A DNA stretch of 64,000 nt from Bacteroidia bacterium (GTDB lineage: Bacteria; Bacteroidota; Bacteroidia; UBA7662): assembly GCA_049431025.1 (NCBI GenBank), contig JBMTCP010000002.1:33323-97322 (forward strand), in the 5' to 3' direction. Positions 26,423-36,113 of this stretch are shown in pieces (positions within the stretch are counted from its first letter, which is position 1; each line of letters opens with the position of its first letter). The notes under the pieces were generated by a model that did not search any database, was not told the origin of the DNA, and saw only the letters and a program-made list of their open reading frames with translations. A program made the translations under genes and the position numbers.

Positions 26423-28192
26423 TCAAGAAGCGTAGAGATTATCGTGTTCTTTTTGGAATTTACCCACGATAAACTTCCTTTTGAGTTTCATGGTAGGGGT
26501 TAATTCTCCGCTATCAACGGTCCAGGTTACCGGAAGTATCGTGAATTTCTTGATTTGTTCCCACTGACCGTATTCCTGGTTGTAGCGGTCTATCTCGCTT
26601 TGAATCAAGGAATTAACACGGGGATTCAGCGCCAGTGCCCGGATGGAGGTATCGCTTATTCCGTTCTTGGAAGCCCAGTCAACCAAAACCTCCCAGGCGG
26701 GGACGATCAAGGCAGCAGGGTGCTTTTGGTTTTCACCACAGACCATGAGTTGTTCAATATACACCGATTCTTTGAATTTATTCTCCATGGCTTGGGGCGC
26801 TATGTACTTGCCTCCGGAGGTCTTGAAAATTTCCTTTTTGCGGTCGGTGATTTTGAGGTTTCCTTTAGCGGTCAGGGTGCCAATATCCCCGGTATGAAAC
26901 CAACCTTCCTGGTCGATGACTTGCTGGGTCAGGGCCTCGTCTTTGTAATACCCTTGCATGATATTGCCACCTCGGCAAAGGATTTCCCCATCTTCGGCAA
27001 TGCGCAGCTCGACACCGTCAATCACCGGGCCTACGGTGCCAAATTCTACTTGACCCGTAGCCAGGTAATTGACCGCGATGACCGGGGATGTTTCGGTAAG
27101 TCCATATCCTTCCAAAACCGGAATTTGAGCAGCCCAAAAGACCCTGGCTAATCGCGGTTGCAAGGCAGCTGCCCCACTGACAATAGCTTGGACATTTCCC
27201 CCCAAGGCTTCGCGCCACTTACTGAAAATAAGTTTATTGGCTAATTTGAGCTGGGTTTCGTACCACCAACCGTTGACCCCTTTGAGTTCATAACGCAGAC
27301 CTAAATTCAAGGCCCAAAAAAACAAAGAACGTTTGATGCCGGTTAGCTCCATTCCTTTGGCAACAATCTTGTCGTAAACCTTTTCCAAAAGTCGGGGCAC
27401 GGTCGAGAAAACCTGGGGTTTAATTTCCTTGAGGTTGTCACCGATGGTTTCCATGCTTTCGGCATAATGAATACCAATGGAACTGTACATCATCATGTAG
27501 GTGAGCATGCGCTCGTAGATATGATTCAGAGGGAGGAAGCTCAAGGATTTGTCGCCGGCTTTGCAGGGTACTCTAACGGCGGCAGCCAAGAGATTACTCA
27601 TGATGTTATCGTGCGATAGCATAACACCCTTAGGGAAACCAGTTGTCCCGGACGTATAGATGATGGTGGCCGTGTCTTGCTTTTGGATGGCAGCCCGGCG
27701 TTCAAGCAATTTTTGGGCCAAATCCGGCTGAGCAGCCGCTTGAATTTCGGTCCAGTGCTTGGCACCTTCTACCTTATTGAAGGTGAAGACCCCGGCAATT
27801 TGAGGAAATTCTTGGGCTATGGGTGCAATTCGCTGGTAGAGCGAGGAATCCGAAACGATGACCCATTTGACTTCGGCATGCTCCAAAATGTAACGGTAAT
27901 CCTGGTCGGTGATGGTTGGATACAGAGGTACATGGATACCACCAACTTGAAGCATACCCAGGTCCATGAAATTCCATTCCGGACGGTTATTGGATACCGT
28001 AGCAATTCGGTCGCCAGGCTTTAAGCCCAAGGCCAAAAGCCCCAAGGCTACCCGGTTGATTTCGTCCAAGGAACGCTTGGTGGAATACTGAACCCAAACC
28101 CCTTCCTCTTTGGCGGCAAAGGCATAGTCCAAAGGATGGCGACTTTGTTGATACTCCAGCAACTCAAAGAGTAATCGAGGTTTTTGTTGCAT
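26423..28192 (-). CDS. fadD: Long-chain-fatty-acid--CoA ligase
   Basis: 589 aa. AMP-binding motif IIYTSGTTGFPKGVMLSH, plus GWFHTGDIG and KTSGGKYIAP. Confidence 0.9.
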   Translation of the reverse strand: MQQKPRLLFELLEYQQSRHPLDYAFAAKEEGVWVQYSTKRSLDEINRVALGLLALGLKPGDRIATVSNNRPEWNFMDLGMLQVGGIHVPLYPTITDQDYRYILEHAEVKWVIVSDSSLYQRIAPIAQEFPQIAGVFTFNKVEGAKHWTEIQAAAQPDLAQKLLERRAAIQKQDTATIIYTSGTTGFPKGVMLSHDNIMSNLLAAAVRVPCKAGDKSLSFLPLNHIYERMLTYMMMYSSIGIHYAESMETIGDNLKEIKPQVFSTVPRLLEKVYDKIVAKGMELTGIKRSLFFWALNLGLRYELKGVNGWWYETQLKLANKLIFSKWREALGGNVQAIVSGAAALQPRLARVFWAAQIPVLEGYGLTETSPVIAVNYLATGQVEFGTVGPVIDGVELRIAEDGEILCRGGNIMQGYYKDEALTQQVIDQEGWFHTGDIGTLTAKGNLKITDRKKEIFKTSGGKYIAPQAMENKFKESVYIEQLMVCGENQKHPAALIVPAWEVLVDWASKNGISDTSIRALALNPRVNSLIQSEIDRYNQEYGQWEQIKKFTILPVTWTVDSGELTPTMKLKRKFIVGKFQKEHDNLYAS

Positions 28193-28198
28193 AGGTTC

Positions 28199-29311
28199 TT
28201 AGGGTTGGGTGACCAAAACTTTGGTGTAAACGGAAGGCTGACCCTTGCGCTGAATTTGTACATAGTAAAGGCCTGGGGGAACCCCTTGAAGGTCCAATCG
28301 AGCGGCGTTGGGGTCTGACCACTGAACGGTCATCGGCTGAACACGTCCAGCCGCATCCAAGAGCTGCAGGTTGGGATACGAGTTAAGAACCGATGCACCC
28401 CAAGAGGCGGGCAGGCGGATTTCGGCATAGTCGTTGGCGGGGTTAGGAAATACCTGAACGGCATTGGTCGTGCCACTGTTCAAGTTCTCTTGAACTGAGG
28501 TGTGGATGGAATAGCCCAAGCGAAGCTTAAAGCCTTTGTGAACTTGTTTGGTAGTCCCGTTTTGTACAAAGCCGGTCAGGTACAAATGGGGAAGCCGCCA
28601 ACGTGCTCCCAAGCGGGTTTTGAACGAAAAATTCGTGGGTACAGCGCCGCTTCCCACACTGATACCGTTGGTATCGGGTAAAATTCGACGCGTAACCATG
28701 GGGAAAAGGCGTTCCCCGTTACTGCCGGGTAATCCACCTCCGGGCTGGCCTGGGGGTGGGTAGTAAATGGAATCTTCAACCAAAACCATCAGGAGTCGGT
28801 TGTTGGAATCCGGTGTACTCAGCGAATAGACCGTTCCCGAGATTTGAAGGCTATCGGGTCCTGGACCCAACAAAGAGGTTTCCAGGTCGTAGATCCAATT
28901 GGCAGGTGTGACATTGTGCCAGGTTTCCAGAGTGCTTTGGCTCAAGGACGGACTCAAGGCAAAGCGTCCCAAACGAAGGGCGGGTACTCCCGTAATACCG
29001 TAGTAATTCACGCGGGCCGTGGGATCCGATGGATTGGCCAAATACATGGAATCCAACCCCGGCCAGGCGACATGGTGCCTAACGGCCACGGCTCGTCCAG
29101 GATTATTACGCATAAGGCTTTGAAAACCGGGGTTTTGTTGGGCGCAGGGTGCACAGGATGCGTTGGTGAAATGCTCCAGAACCAGCACATTGCTTTCAAA
29201 ATTTGGCGTGGTACCTTGGGCGTTTCCTTGCAGGGGCGTCCAGGCTGCCATTCCGGCAAAGCAGAGACCGGCCCAGAGGCTTCGCGAAAAAACTCTTTGA
29301 TTTTGGGTCAT
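28199..29311 (-). CDS. T9SS cargo protein with thioredoxin-like CxPC module (Omp28-related-like), paralog A
   Basis: Signal peptide from the ATG at 29311; the ORF extends to a GTG at 29380. LEHFTNASCAPCAQ, WPGLDSMY, RVNYYGITGVPALRLG. C-terminal VQVFPNPANDYAEI...GLYYVQIQ CTD. Confidence 0.7.
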   Translation of the reverse strand: MTQNQRVFSRSLWAGLCFAGMAAWTPLQGNAQGTTPNFESNVLVLEHFTNASCAPCAQQNPGFQSLMRNNPGRAVAVRHHVAWPGLDSMYLANPSDPTARVNYYGITGVPALRLGRFALSPSLSQSTLETWHNVTPANWIYDLETSLLGPGPDSLQISGTVYSLSTPDSNNRLLMVLVEDSIYYPPPGQPGGGLPGSNGERLFPMVTRRILPDTNGISVGSGAVPTNFSFKTRLGARWRLPHLYLTGFVQNGTTKQVHKGFKLRLGYSIHTSVQENLNSGTTNAVQVFPNPANDYAEIRLPASWGASVLNSYPNLQLLDAAGRVQPMTVQWSDPNAARLDLQGVPPGLYYVQIQRKGQPSVYTKVLVTQP

Positions 29312-29403
29312 AAACGTTGAATTGATTATTCCTTGATTGGTGATGAACAGCGAGGACTTTTTAGGTCGCCTGCTTAACACGAAGATAACGAATCGGATGC
29401 TCG

Positions 29404-29435
29404 CAAAAAAACAAAGCCCCGCGAACGGGGCTTTG
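29404..29435 (-). terminator. Rho-independent terminator between the two thioredoxin-like T9SS paralogs
   Basis: 10-bp stem CAAAGCCCCG/CGGGGCTTTG (29412-29421 / 29426-29435), loop CGAA, then T7 on the minus strand. Confidence 0.65.
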
Positions 29436-29455
29436 CGAAAAGGGTAGGCTTAGGA

Positions 29456-31333
29456 TTAGTGACGAACCAAGACCTTGCGGGTTCCAAGAATTTGACCTTG
29501 GGCACCCTGAAGGTGAACCAAGTACAAACCTTCTTGCCATTCGCCGGTAGGGATACGGATCGTTCCTTCGTTAGAGCCCAGGTTGGCTTGGTAAACTTTT
29601 TGGCCCAAGGCATTTTGAACCACAATTTCACCGTTGGCCCGCTCTGAACGAATATTCAAAACATCGTTGCTGGGGTTAGGGTACACCGAGAAGGAGGGGG
29701 CATTTACACCCAGGTCAGCCACTGACGTGGTATTGAGGCTGTTGCCCAATTTGATTTTAACGCCCTTGTTGGCTTCTTTGGTGCCGTTCGCTTGGACAAA
29801 GGCCAAGAGGTAGAGGTTGTCCCTCACGAAGGTAGGCGATAAGGGGTAGCTGGCGTTGATGGTGGTGTTTTGAGAACCATTCCCGCAATTGATTCCGCTG
29901 GAAGTGGGAAGGATTTTGCGCAAAACCGAAGGGAATTCGCGCTCGCCGTTCGTGCCCGGTGCGGTGGCGTAATTGATGGGATCTTCGACGAGGTAGAGCC
30001 AAAGCTTGTTGTCGGTATTGGCCTGGGTGCTCTTTCCACGTACGCTACCGGTTACCACCAGGGTGCTCCCGTTGATGGTGGTGTTGATGTTGTAGTACCA
30101 ATTGCTGGGCAAGTTGGCGATGTTGTCGTCCAAATTGGCCTGGGTTATGTTAGCAGGATTGGACGATAGCATATTCCCTAAACGAACGGCAGGTACACCG
30201 GTAATTCCGTAATAATTAACACGGGATGTCGGATCCCCGGTATTAAACGAATACATAGGGTCGGTGCCGGGCCATGAGGTGTGATGCTTGACCGAGGTTA
30301 CTTCGCTGTTGTTGGCCAGGAGGAGGGCCTGAAACTGTGGATTATACGTAGCACATGGACCACATGATGCGTTGGTAAAATGCTCGTAAATAACCAAATT
30401 GGACTGAACCGGTGGAGCAGGGTCCACCACGTTAAGGGTAGCGGTAAGGGTATCGGAACCAACGGTCGTTCCGTTTACGCCCGATACCCACATTTCGATG
30501 CTGTAGGAACCTGCGCTGTTGGGGCTAAAGGTCGATGAAAACGTAAAGGCATCGGTAGCAAAGGAGGCAACCGAACCCGAATAGGGTTGGCTGGTGGTCG
30601 GACCTCCGTTGACGCGGTAATTCAGGTTTCCGGAGGAAACGGCGTTTAGCCCCAGGTTACGAAAGGACCCGGCTATCGTGACCGGGCTGTTGGTGAAGCC
30701 CAGCGAAGGAACGCTGTGTTGAACCATGCGGACTTCTTCGAAAGCAGGAACGGTAATCCGGATATTATCCACTAACATGGCTACCATGTCGTTGGAGATA
30801 TTGCGGAAAGCAAAACGAATAGTGGTACCGGCGTAGGGGGCCAGCGAAAAACCACGGGTGGTTAGGCTAAGATTCTCCGCTGTGGTGGAGAACAAAGGAG
30901 CTGAAGTCAAAAAAGACGAACGTGCGGTATCGCCGTTGCTCAGGCGCAGTTCATAGGCTTCGGGGTAATTTGCGTTACCCAGGCTTTGGGCGTCGTAAAT
31001 CAAATAGTAATTGCCTGTAGCCGGTAGGGTAATCGAAGGGGAAATCATCCACCGATCCACAGCGCCCACGGGGTTGGTCCAGGAAACACTGACGGCAGAG
31101 CGCATCAGGTTGTTGAAAACCCCAGGAAAGGTCCAGGCGTTGGTGCTGTTTCCGGTCAGGGTGGAGACATTGCTGGCACCGGGACGTCCGTCCATATTGA
31201 CCAAAACCCAGCCGCTCGGCACCGAGGTGGTGCTGGGCACGGCATTGAAATCTTCACTAAACAAGGTTTGTGCTCCGGCACCAAGGGTGCTAAACAAAAA
31301 GAGCGCCAAGAAGAATCGTAAGTTTTTTAGCAT
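29456..31333 (-). CDS. T9SS cargo protein: choice-of-anchor-J-like domain + Ig/CARDB-like domain + thioredoxin-like CGPC module, paralog B
   Basis: Signal peptide. LFSEDFN...PSGWVLVNMDG...RWMISPSITL...IRFAFRN resembles choice-of-anchor J. YEHFTNASCGPCAT, WPGTDPMY, RVNYYGITGVPAVRLG. CTD FSVYPNPSNDVLNI...GLYLVHLQ. Confidence 0.75.
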   Translation of the reverse strand: MLKNLRFFLALFLFSTLGAGAQTLFSEDFNAVPSTTSVPSGWVLVNMDGRPGASNVSTLTGNSTNAWTFPGVFNNLMRSAVSVSWTNPVGAVDRWMISPSITLPATGNYYLIYDAQSLGNANYPEAYELRLSNGDTARSSFLTSAPLFSTTAENLSLTTRGFSLAPYAGTTIRFAFRNISNDMVAMLVDNIRITVPAFEEVRMVQHSVPSLGFTNSPVTIAGSFRNLGLNAVSSGNLNYRVNGGPTTSQPYSGSVASFATDAFTFSSTFSPNSAGSYSIEMWVSGVNGTTVGSDTLTATLNVVDPAPPVQSNLVIYEHFTNASCGPCATYNPQFQALLLANNSEVTSVKHHTSWPGTDPMYSFNTGDPTSRVNYYGITGVPAVRLGNMLSSNPANITQANLDDNIANLPSNWYYNINTTINGSTLVVTGSVRGKSTQANTDNKLWLYLVEDPINYATAPGTNGEREFPSVLRKILPTSSGINCGNGSQNTTINASYPLSPTFVRDNLYLLAFVQANGTKEANKGVKIKLGNSLNTTSVADLGVNAPSFSVYPNPSNDVLNIRSERANGEIVVQNALGQKVYQANLGSNEGTIRIPTGEWQEGLYLVHLQGAQGQILGTRKVLVRH

Positions 31334-31466
31334 GGTTTTTTGAATTTTGATACAATACTAAGCCAGAACCACCTTTTTAACGCCGCTACGATGAAGAAAT
31401 AGAGCTACCTGATGCGAGACAGGGGTCCAAGTCCGTCAACGCTGACATTTTGTCTTGTTTTGCCAT

Positions 31467-31474
31467 TAATTTTG
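31467..31474 (+). promoter_or_regulatory. Bacteroidota-type -7 promoter box (TAATTTTG) upstream of miaB
   Basis: Exact TAnnTTTG match 44 nt before the ATG at 31518. Confidence 0.35.
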
Positions 31475-31517
31475 TCGCTCTTTTGAACAACCATCCGAAT
31501 TCCTTCCCCAAAGCCCT

Positions 31518-32939
31518 ATGAGCGGTTCCTATTCCGGTGTCCTAAAAGCCAGCCAAGGCCCTTCCGATAAGTTTCTCTATTTGGAAAGTTACGGTTGCCA
31601 GATGAATTTCTCGGATAGCGAAATCGTGGCCTCCGTGATGGCTGAAATAGGTTTTGGGGTGACCGATGAACTGGAGAAGGCGGATGTTGTGATGATCAAC
31701 ACCTGCTCCATCCGCGAAAATGCCGAACAAAAGGTCCGTGCTCGTTTGCAACATTTCCGTTCCCTCAAGCGGCATAAACCCTCGTTGGTGATTGGGGTAC
31801 TCGGCTGCATGGCCGAGCGACTCAAGGCCAAGTTGCTAGACCAAGAACAGCTGGTGGATTTGGTGGTTGGACCTGATGCATACAAGGATTTGCCCGGGCT
31901 ATTGGAGCAGGTCCAAGGCGGTCAACAAGCGGTTAATGTTTTGTTATCCAGGGAAGAGACCTACGCCGATATCGCCCCGGTGCGTTTGGGTACCAACGGT
32001 GTTTCTGCCTTTGTGACCATCATGAGGGGATGCGATAACATGTGTTCGTTTTGTGTGGTTCCTTTCACGAGGGGGCGTGAACGAAGTCGGGATCCCCAAA
32101 GCATCGTTTCCGAGTGCACGGATTTATGGCAAAACGGTTACCGCGAGGTAACCCTGTTGGGCCAAAACGTAGATTCTTATTGCTGGAAAAAACCTGAAAA
32201 TCAACCATTAAGCCCCGATTCACCTCAAGAACAGGTTCGATTTGCTGATTTGCTGCGTCTGGTCGCCGAAATTGCACCCGACCTGCGCGTTCGTTTTTCG
32301 ACTTCGCATCCCAAAGACATTACCGACGAGGTTTTGCTCACCATGGCGGCCTATCCCAACCTTTGCAAGAATATCCACCTTCCGGTTCAATCGGGTAATT
32401 CAGCCGTTTTGTCCCGCATGAACCGGACCTACGATCGTTCATGGTACCTGGAGAGGGTGGAGGCGATTCGTCGATTGCTACCGGATTGTGCAATAACAAC
32501 GGATGTGATTACGGGATTTTGTGGGGAAACCGAAGCTGAGCATCAAGACACCTTATCCTTGATGGAGGCTGTTCGCTTTGACTCGGCCTATATGTTTGCG
32601 TATTCCGAAAGACCGGGTACCCTAGCCGCTCGCAAGTACCCGGATGATGTTCCTGAGGAAACCAAGAAGCGCCGCTTGAGTGAAATCATGGCCCTTCAAG
32701 ACCGGCATTCCATCGAGAGAAACCGGGAGGAAGAAGGCCAAATCCAAGAGATTTTGGTCGAGGGCTATTCCAAAAAATCCAAGGATGACTTTTGTGGTCG
32801 CAATTCCCGTAACAAGATGGTGGTTTTTGGGGCCGTTGAAGGGGTTGAATTTGGACAAACGGTGCGTGTTCGCATTCTACGTTCCAACAAAGCCACGTTG
32901 TTGGGCGAATGCCTGGTCACCAGGGAGGTGGTCGTATGA
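31518..32939 (+). CDS. miaB: tRNA-2-methylthio-N6-dimethylallyladenosine synthase
   Basis: 473 aa. N-terminal UPF0004 domain (ESYGCQMN), radical-SAM cluster [12 protein letters not shown]-terminal TRAM domain. Confidence 0.95.
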   Translation: MSGSYSGVLKASQGPSDKFLYLESYGCQMNFSDSEIVASVMAEIGFGVTDELEKADVVMINTCSIRENAEQKVRARLQHFRSLKRHKPSLVIGVLGCMAERLKAKLLDQEQLVDLVVGPDAYKDLPGLLEQVQGGQQAVNVLLSREETYADIAPVRLGTNGVSAFVTIMRGCDNMCSFCVVPFTRGRERSRDPQSIVSECTDLWQNGYREVTLLGQNVDSYCWKKPENQPLSPDSPQEQVRFADLLRLVAEIAPDLRVRFSTSHPKDITDEVLLTMAAYPNLCKNIHLPVQSGNSAVLSRMNRTYDRSWYLERVEAIRRLLPDCAITTDVITGFCGETEAEHQDTLSLMEAVRFDSAYMFAYSERPGTLAARKYPDDVPEETKKRRLSEIMALQDRHSIERNREEEGQIQEILVEGYSKKSKDDFCGRNSRNKMVVFGAVEGVEFGQTVRVRILRSNKATLLGECLVTREVVV

Positions 32940-33700
32940 GTAGCCCCTCAGAATCCGCTTTGAAGCGTTATCAACGCGAGAAGGAATACCATAACAAAGC
33001 CTTTGCTGATGATATCCGGCGCTCGGTTGATAAATATTACGAAACCATTCAAAGTAGTCGCCATGCCCATCGCCAAGCCATGGCGCCTTTGGTTCCCGGG
33101 ACCTTGGTTTTGGAATACGGGTGTGGACCCGGTTCATCAGCCTTTGAATTGGCATCGTTGGGGGCTAAGGTCATCGGTATCGATATCTCGGAAGTGGCTA
33201 TTGCCCAATCCAAGGCCGAAGCCAAGCAGCGAGGTTTGGAAATCGACTTTCGATGCATGAATGCTGAAAGTCTTGACTTTGAGGATAATACCTTTGATTT
33301 GATAGTGGGATCAGCTATTTTGCATCACCTCGATCTGGACAAAGCGTACAGCGAATTATCCCGTTGCCTCAAACCCGGAGGTCGTGCTGTTTTCATAGAA
33401 CCTACCGGCCATAACCCTTTGATTAATTGGTACCGGCGCAGAACACCGGCCTTGCGTACCGTGGACGAGCGCCCCATGCGACGCCCTGATTTTGAACGGG
33501 CCGATCGGTATTTTTCGAAGGTACAGGTACGTTATTACAATATGTTGACAACAGCGGCCGTCTTGTTTCGACAGGGTTCCTGGTTTAGGCCGATTTTGAG
33601 GGGTTTAGATGCCTTGGATCGGGGCCTCTTTTGGTTGGTTCCCGGCCTCAAATATTGGGGTTGGATGGCGGTTATGGTGCTTGAAAAACAAACCCGCTAA
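32936..33700 (+). CDS. Class I SAM-dependent methyltransferase
   Basis: SAM motif [10 protein letters not shown] and post-I IGIDIS. The start ATG at 32936 overlaps the miaB stop as ATGA. Confidence 0.8.
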   Translation: MSSPSESALKRYQREKEYHNKAFADDIRRSVDKYYETIQSSRHAHRQAMAPLVPGTLVLEYGCGPGSSAFELASLGAKVIGIDISEVAIAQSKAEAKQRGLEIDFRCMNAESLDFEDNTFDLIVGSAILHHLDLDKAYSELSRCLKPGGRAVFIEPTGHNPLINWYRRRTPALRTVDERPMRRPDFERADRYFSKVQVRYYNMLTTAAVLFRQGSWFRPILRGLDALDRGLFWLVPGLKYWGWMAVMVLEKQTR

Positions 33701-33708
33701 TTTTTACC

Positions 33709-34905
33709 ATGGAATTGCAAACCCTTAAGCAACGTTTCGGTATCATCGGTAATGCACCCACGTTGAACCACGCGCTTCGAATCGCGGAGCAGGTAGCGGC
33801 TACGGATGTTTCTGTTTTGATTCTTGGGGAGTCTGGGGTCGGAAAAGAGGTATTCTCCAAGATACTGCACCAATTATCCCGACGTAAGCATAACAAATTT
33901 ATTGCCGTGAATTGCGGGGCTATTCCGGAGGGAACCATCGATTCGGAGTTATTTGGTCACGAAAAAGGCTCTTTTACAGGGGCTCACGAATCCCGTCAGG
34001 GTTATTTTGAAACGGTTAACGGCGGTACAATTTTTTTGGACGAAGTTGCCGAAATGCCTTTGGGTACCCAGGCACGCCTTTTGAGGGTTCTGGAATCGGG
34101 TGAATTCATCAAGGTTGGTTCATCCAAGGTGCTGAAAACCGATGTTCGCCTGGTTGCGGCTACCAACGTTTCGCTTTTGAGCCAAATCGATAAGGGGAAA
34201 TTTCGCGAAGACTTGTACTACAGGATGAATACGGTGGCCATTCACATTCCATCGTTGCGTGATCGACGGGAAGATATTCCGCTTTTGTTTCGAAAATTTG
34301 CGGCGGATTTTGCTGAGCGATACGCTTCGGTCCCCGTTCAATTGGATGCGGCTGCTATGCAATGGCTTTGCGATCAGCCTTGGCCGGGTAATATACGTCA
34401 GCTCAAAAACGTAGCTGAACAGATCTGTGTTCTGGCGCCAACCCGGCAATTGAGTGGGGACGAGGTGTTGCCGTATTTGCCTGCCAAAGAGTCCATCAAA
34501 TCCGGTCTTCCAGCTCTTTTGGAAGGGGCATCGGATTCCACTTCGGAATGGTCCGAACGGGATTTGTTGTACAAGGTTTTGTTTGATCTCAAAAGGGATA
34601 TGGTGGAGATGAAGAGGGCGATGGGCCAGATGATGGAGGGTGATGGGGTGGTGCATGCCGATAATTTGACTTCGGTCGTTGCGCCGGTGGTCAATGCGGT
34701 TGTCGCACCGGTTTCTCGTTACGATGAACACGCCGAGGTGGTGGATGTCGAGGAGAATCTTTCCTTGGCCGAAGTAGAAAAAAGGATGATTGAAAGGGCC
34801 ATACGCAAATACGCGGGGAGACGACGCCTGGCCGCTACCGAATTGGGTATTTCGGAACGTACCCTGTATCGCAAAATCAAAGAATATGGGTTGGAGGAGG
34901 ATTGA
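33709..34905 (+). CDS. Sigma-54-dependent transcriptional activator (bEBP) without N-terminal sensory/receiver domain
   Basis: The protein begins directly with the AAA+ domain. Walker A GESGVGKE, sigma-54 contact loop GSFTGA (33967-33984), Walker B IFLDEV, and a C-terminal Fis-type HTH (AATELGISERTLYRKIKEYG). Confidence 0.85.
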   Translation: MELQTLKQRFGIIGNAPTLNHALRIAEQVAATDVSVLILGESGVGKEVFSKILHQLSRRKHNKFIAVNCGAIPEGTIDSELFGHEKGSFTGAHESRQGYFETVNGGTIFLDEVAEMPLGTQARLLRVLESGEFIKVGSSKVLKTDVRLVAATNVSLLSQIDKGKFREDLYYRMNTVAIHIPSLRDRREDIPLLFRKFAADFAERYASVPVQLDAAAMQWLCDQPWPGNIRQLKNVAEQICVLAPTRQLSGDEVLPYLPAKESIKSGLPALLEGASDSTSEWSERDLLYKVLFDLKRDMVEMKRAMGQMMEGDGVVHADNLTSVVAPVVNAVVAPVSRYDEHAEVVDVEENLSLAEVEKRMIERAIRKYAGRRRLAATELGISERTLYRKIKEYGLEED

Positions 34906-35422
34906 AAGGGGGTCCAAGCGCCTCGCCTTGCTGTGCCTCTTGGGGTGGATGGGGTTCGGACTATCTTCCTGCGCTGTGTATTCGTTTAGTGGTGCTTCGG
35001 TGCCTGCCGAGGTACGAACCGTTCATATTGCTCAAATGAAAAACAACGCCGCGTTGGTGATGCCATCGTTGAGCCAACGTCTATCGGATGCCTTTCGGGA
35101 TAAATGCATTTCCGAAACCAATCTACGCTTGGGTAATGTCGGTCAATCCGATTGGGAATTTACCGGAGAAATCGTGGATTATGGGGTGACGGCTGCGGCC
35201 GTTTCAGGTCGTGAAACAACGACTCTTAACCGCTTGACCGTGGTTTGGCTCCTGCGGTTTCGGTCGGTGGCCAATCCCAAGGCAGGATGGGAGCAACGCC
35301 TTATTCGTTATGCGGATTTTGATGCCGGGACACCATTTCAAAATGTTGAGAACGAATTGGTGGATCAGATTGTACGGCAATTGGTGGATGACGCTTTTAA
35401 CAAAGCCTTTATCAACTGGTAG
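34886..35422 (+). CDS. lptE: LptE-like LPS-assembly lipoprotein
   Basis: Lipobox LLGWMGFGLSSC followed by AVYSFSG. Its position after the sigma-54 activator matches my recollection of Bacteroidota synteny. The start is placed at the ATG at 34886, not the 34790 extension. Confidence 0.6.
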   Translation: MGWRRIERGSKRLALLCLLGWMGFGLSSCAVYSFSGASVPAEVRTVHIAQMKNNAALVMPSLSQRLSDAFRDKCISETNLRLGNVGQSDWEFTGEIVDYGVTAAAVSGRETTTLNRLTVVWLLRFRSVANPKAGWEQRLIRYADFDAGTPFQNVENELVDQIVRQLVDDAFNKAFINW

Positions 35423-35424
35423 GG

Positions 35425-36099
35425 ATGGATCAGCGCCTCTTGTTGGAATGGATTCAAAACCCGGAGCGCCTGGAAGGGGTTTCCGGGGAGGAATTGGAGC
35501 AATTGCTCGAACAATTGCCTGCATTTGAGGCCGGTCATTTGCTCAACCTTCGCCGTCTCAAAGCAAACCACTCCTCGCGCCTTCCCTCCGCGAACGAGCG
35601 TGTTGTTGCGGCTGTTGCCCAGGGACAACAGGTTTATCGAATTTTGCACCCCCGTCCCGTAAAGTCCAACGACCAACCTTCGCCTGAACCGGTTTCGGTT
35701 TCGTTTCCAGGATCCGATACGTTGACTACCCAAACCCGGCTTGCTTGGTTTGAGTCGTGGTCGCTTGAAGGTTCTGCAGAGGATGAAGATGATGTATTGG
35801 CCATGGGCTACGCCGAGGCCTTGGCCAGCGACTTGTTGGAGGCGGATCATGCCCTCGAAAACTGGGTTCAAGGCCATGCCACAACCGCGCAACATCCCCC
35901 GGAAATGAAGGATATCGCCGCTCTAAGCCTAAATACCGACGAAATTCCGGTATCGGAGTCCCTGGCCGAATTGCACCTTCGGCAAGGCCAGCGGCAAAGA
36001 GCAGCCCAGATTTATCGTAAATTAATGCTCCGTTTTCCGGCTAAAACCACGTATTTTGCGGCCCGTTTGGAGCAAATTCAAAGCGATAACGAATCCTAA
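35425..36099 (+). CDS. Hypothetical protein with C-terminal TPR-like helix pair
   Basis: 224 aa and acidic. The C-terminus SLAELHLRQGQRQRAAQIYRKLMLRFPAKTTYFAARLEQI resembles the conserved small protein found between lptE and secG in other Bacteroidota (from memory). Confidence 0.6.
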   Translation: MDQRLLLEWIQNPERLEGVSGEELEQLLEQLPAFEAGHLLNLRRLKANHSSRLPSANERVVAAVAQGQQVYRILHPRPVKSNDQPSPEPVSVSFPGSDTLTTQTRLAWFESWSLEGSAEDEDDVLAMGYAEALASDLLEADHALENWVQGHATTAQHPPEMKDIAALSLNTDEIPVSESLAELHLRQGQRQRAAQIYRKLMLRFPAKTTYFAARLEQIQSDNES

Positions 36100-36113
36100 G
36101 AACCCCTTACCCC

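Noticed and set aside
34120-34917. 265-aa minus-strand ORF antisense to the sigma-54 activator
   Set aside because: The plus-strand frame carries complete AAA+ and HTH motifs. The antisense translation has no recognisable features and a biased His/Arg/Phe/Gln composition.
35365-35895. 176-aa minus-strand ORF opposite the 35425-36099 hypothetical gene
   Set aside because: The plus-strand ORF fits the co-directional lptE-secG block with 2-bp and 14-bp junctions. Its C-terminal TPR-like helix pair resembles the protein found at this position in other Bacteroidota. The antisense ORF would overlap the lptE end and has Arg/Gly/Leu-rich composition.
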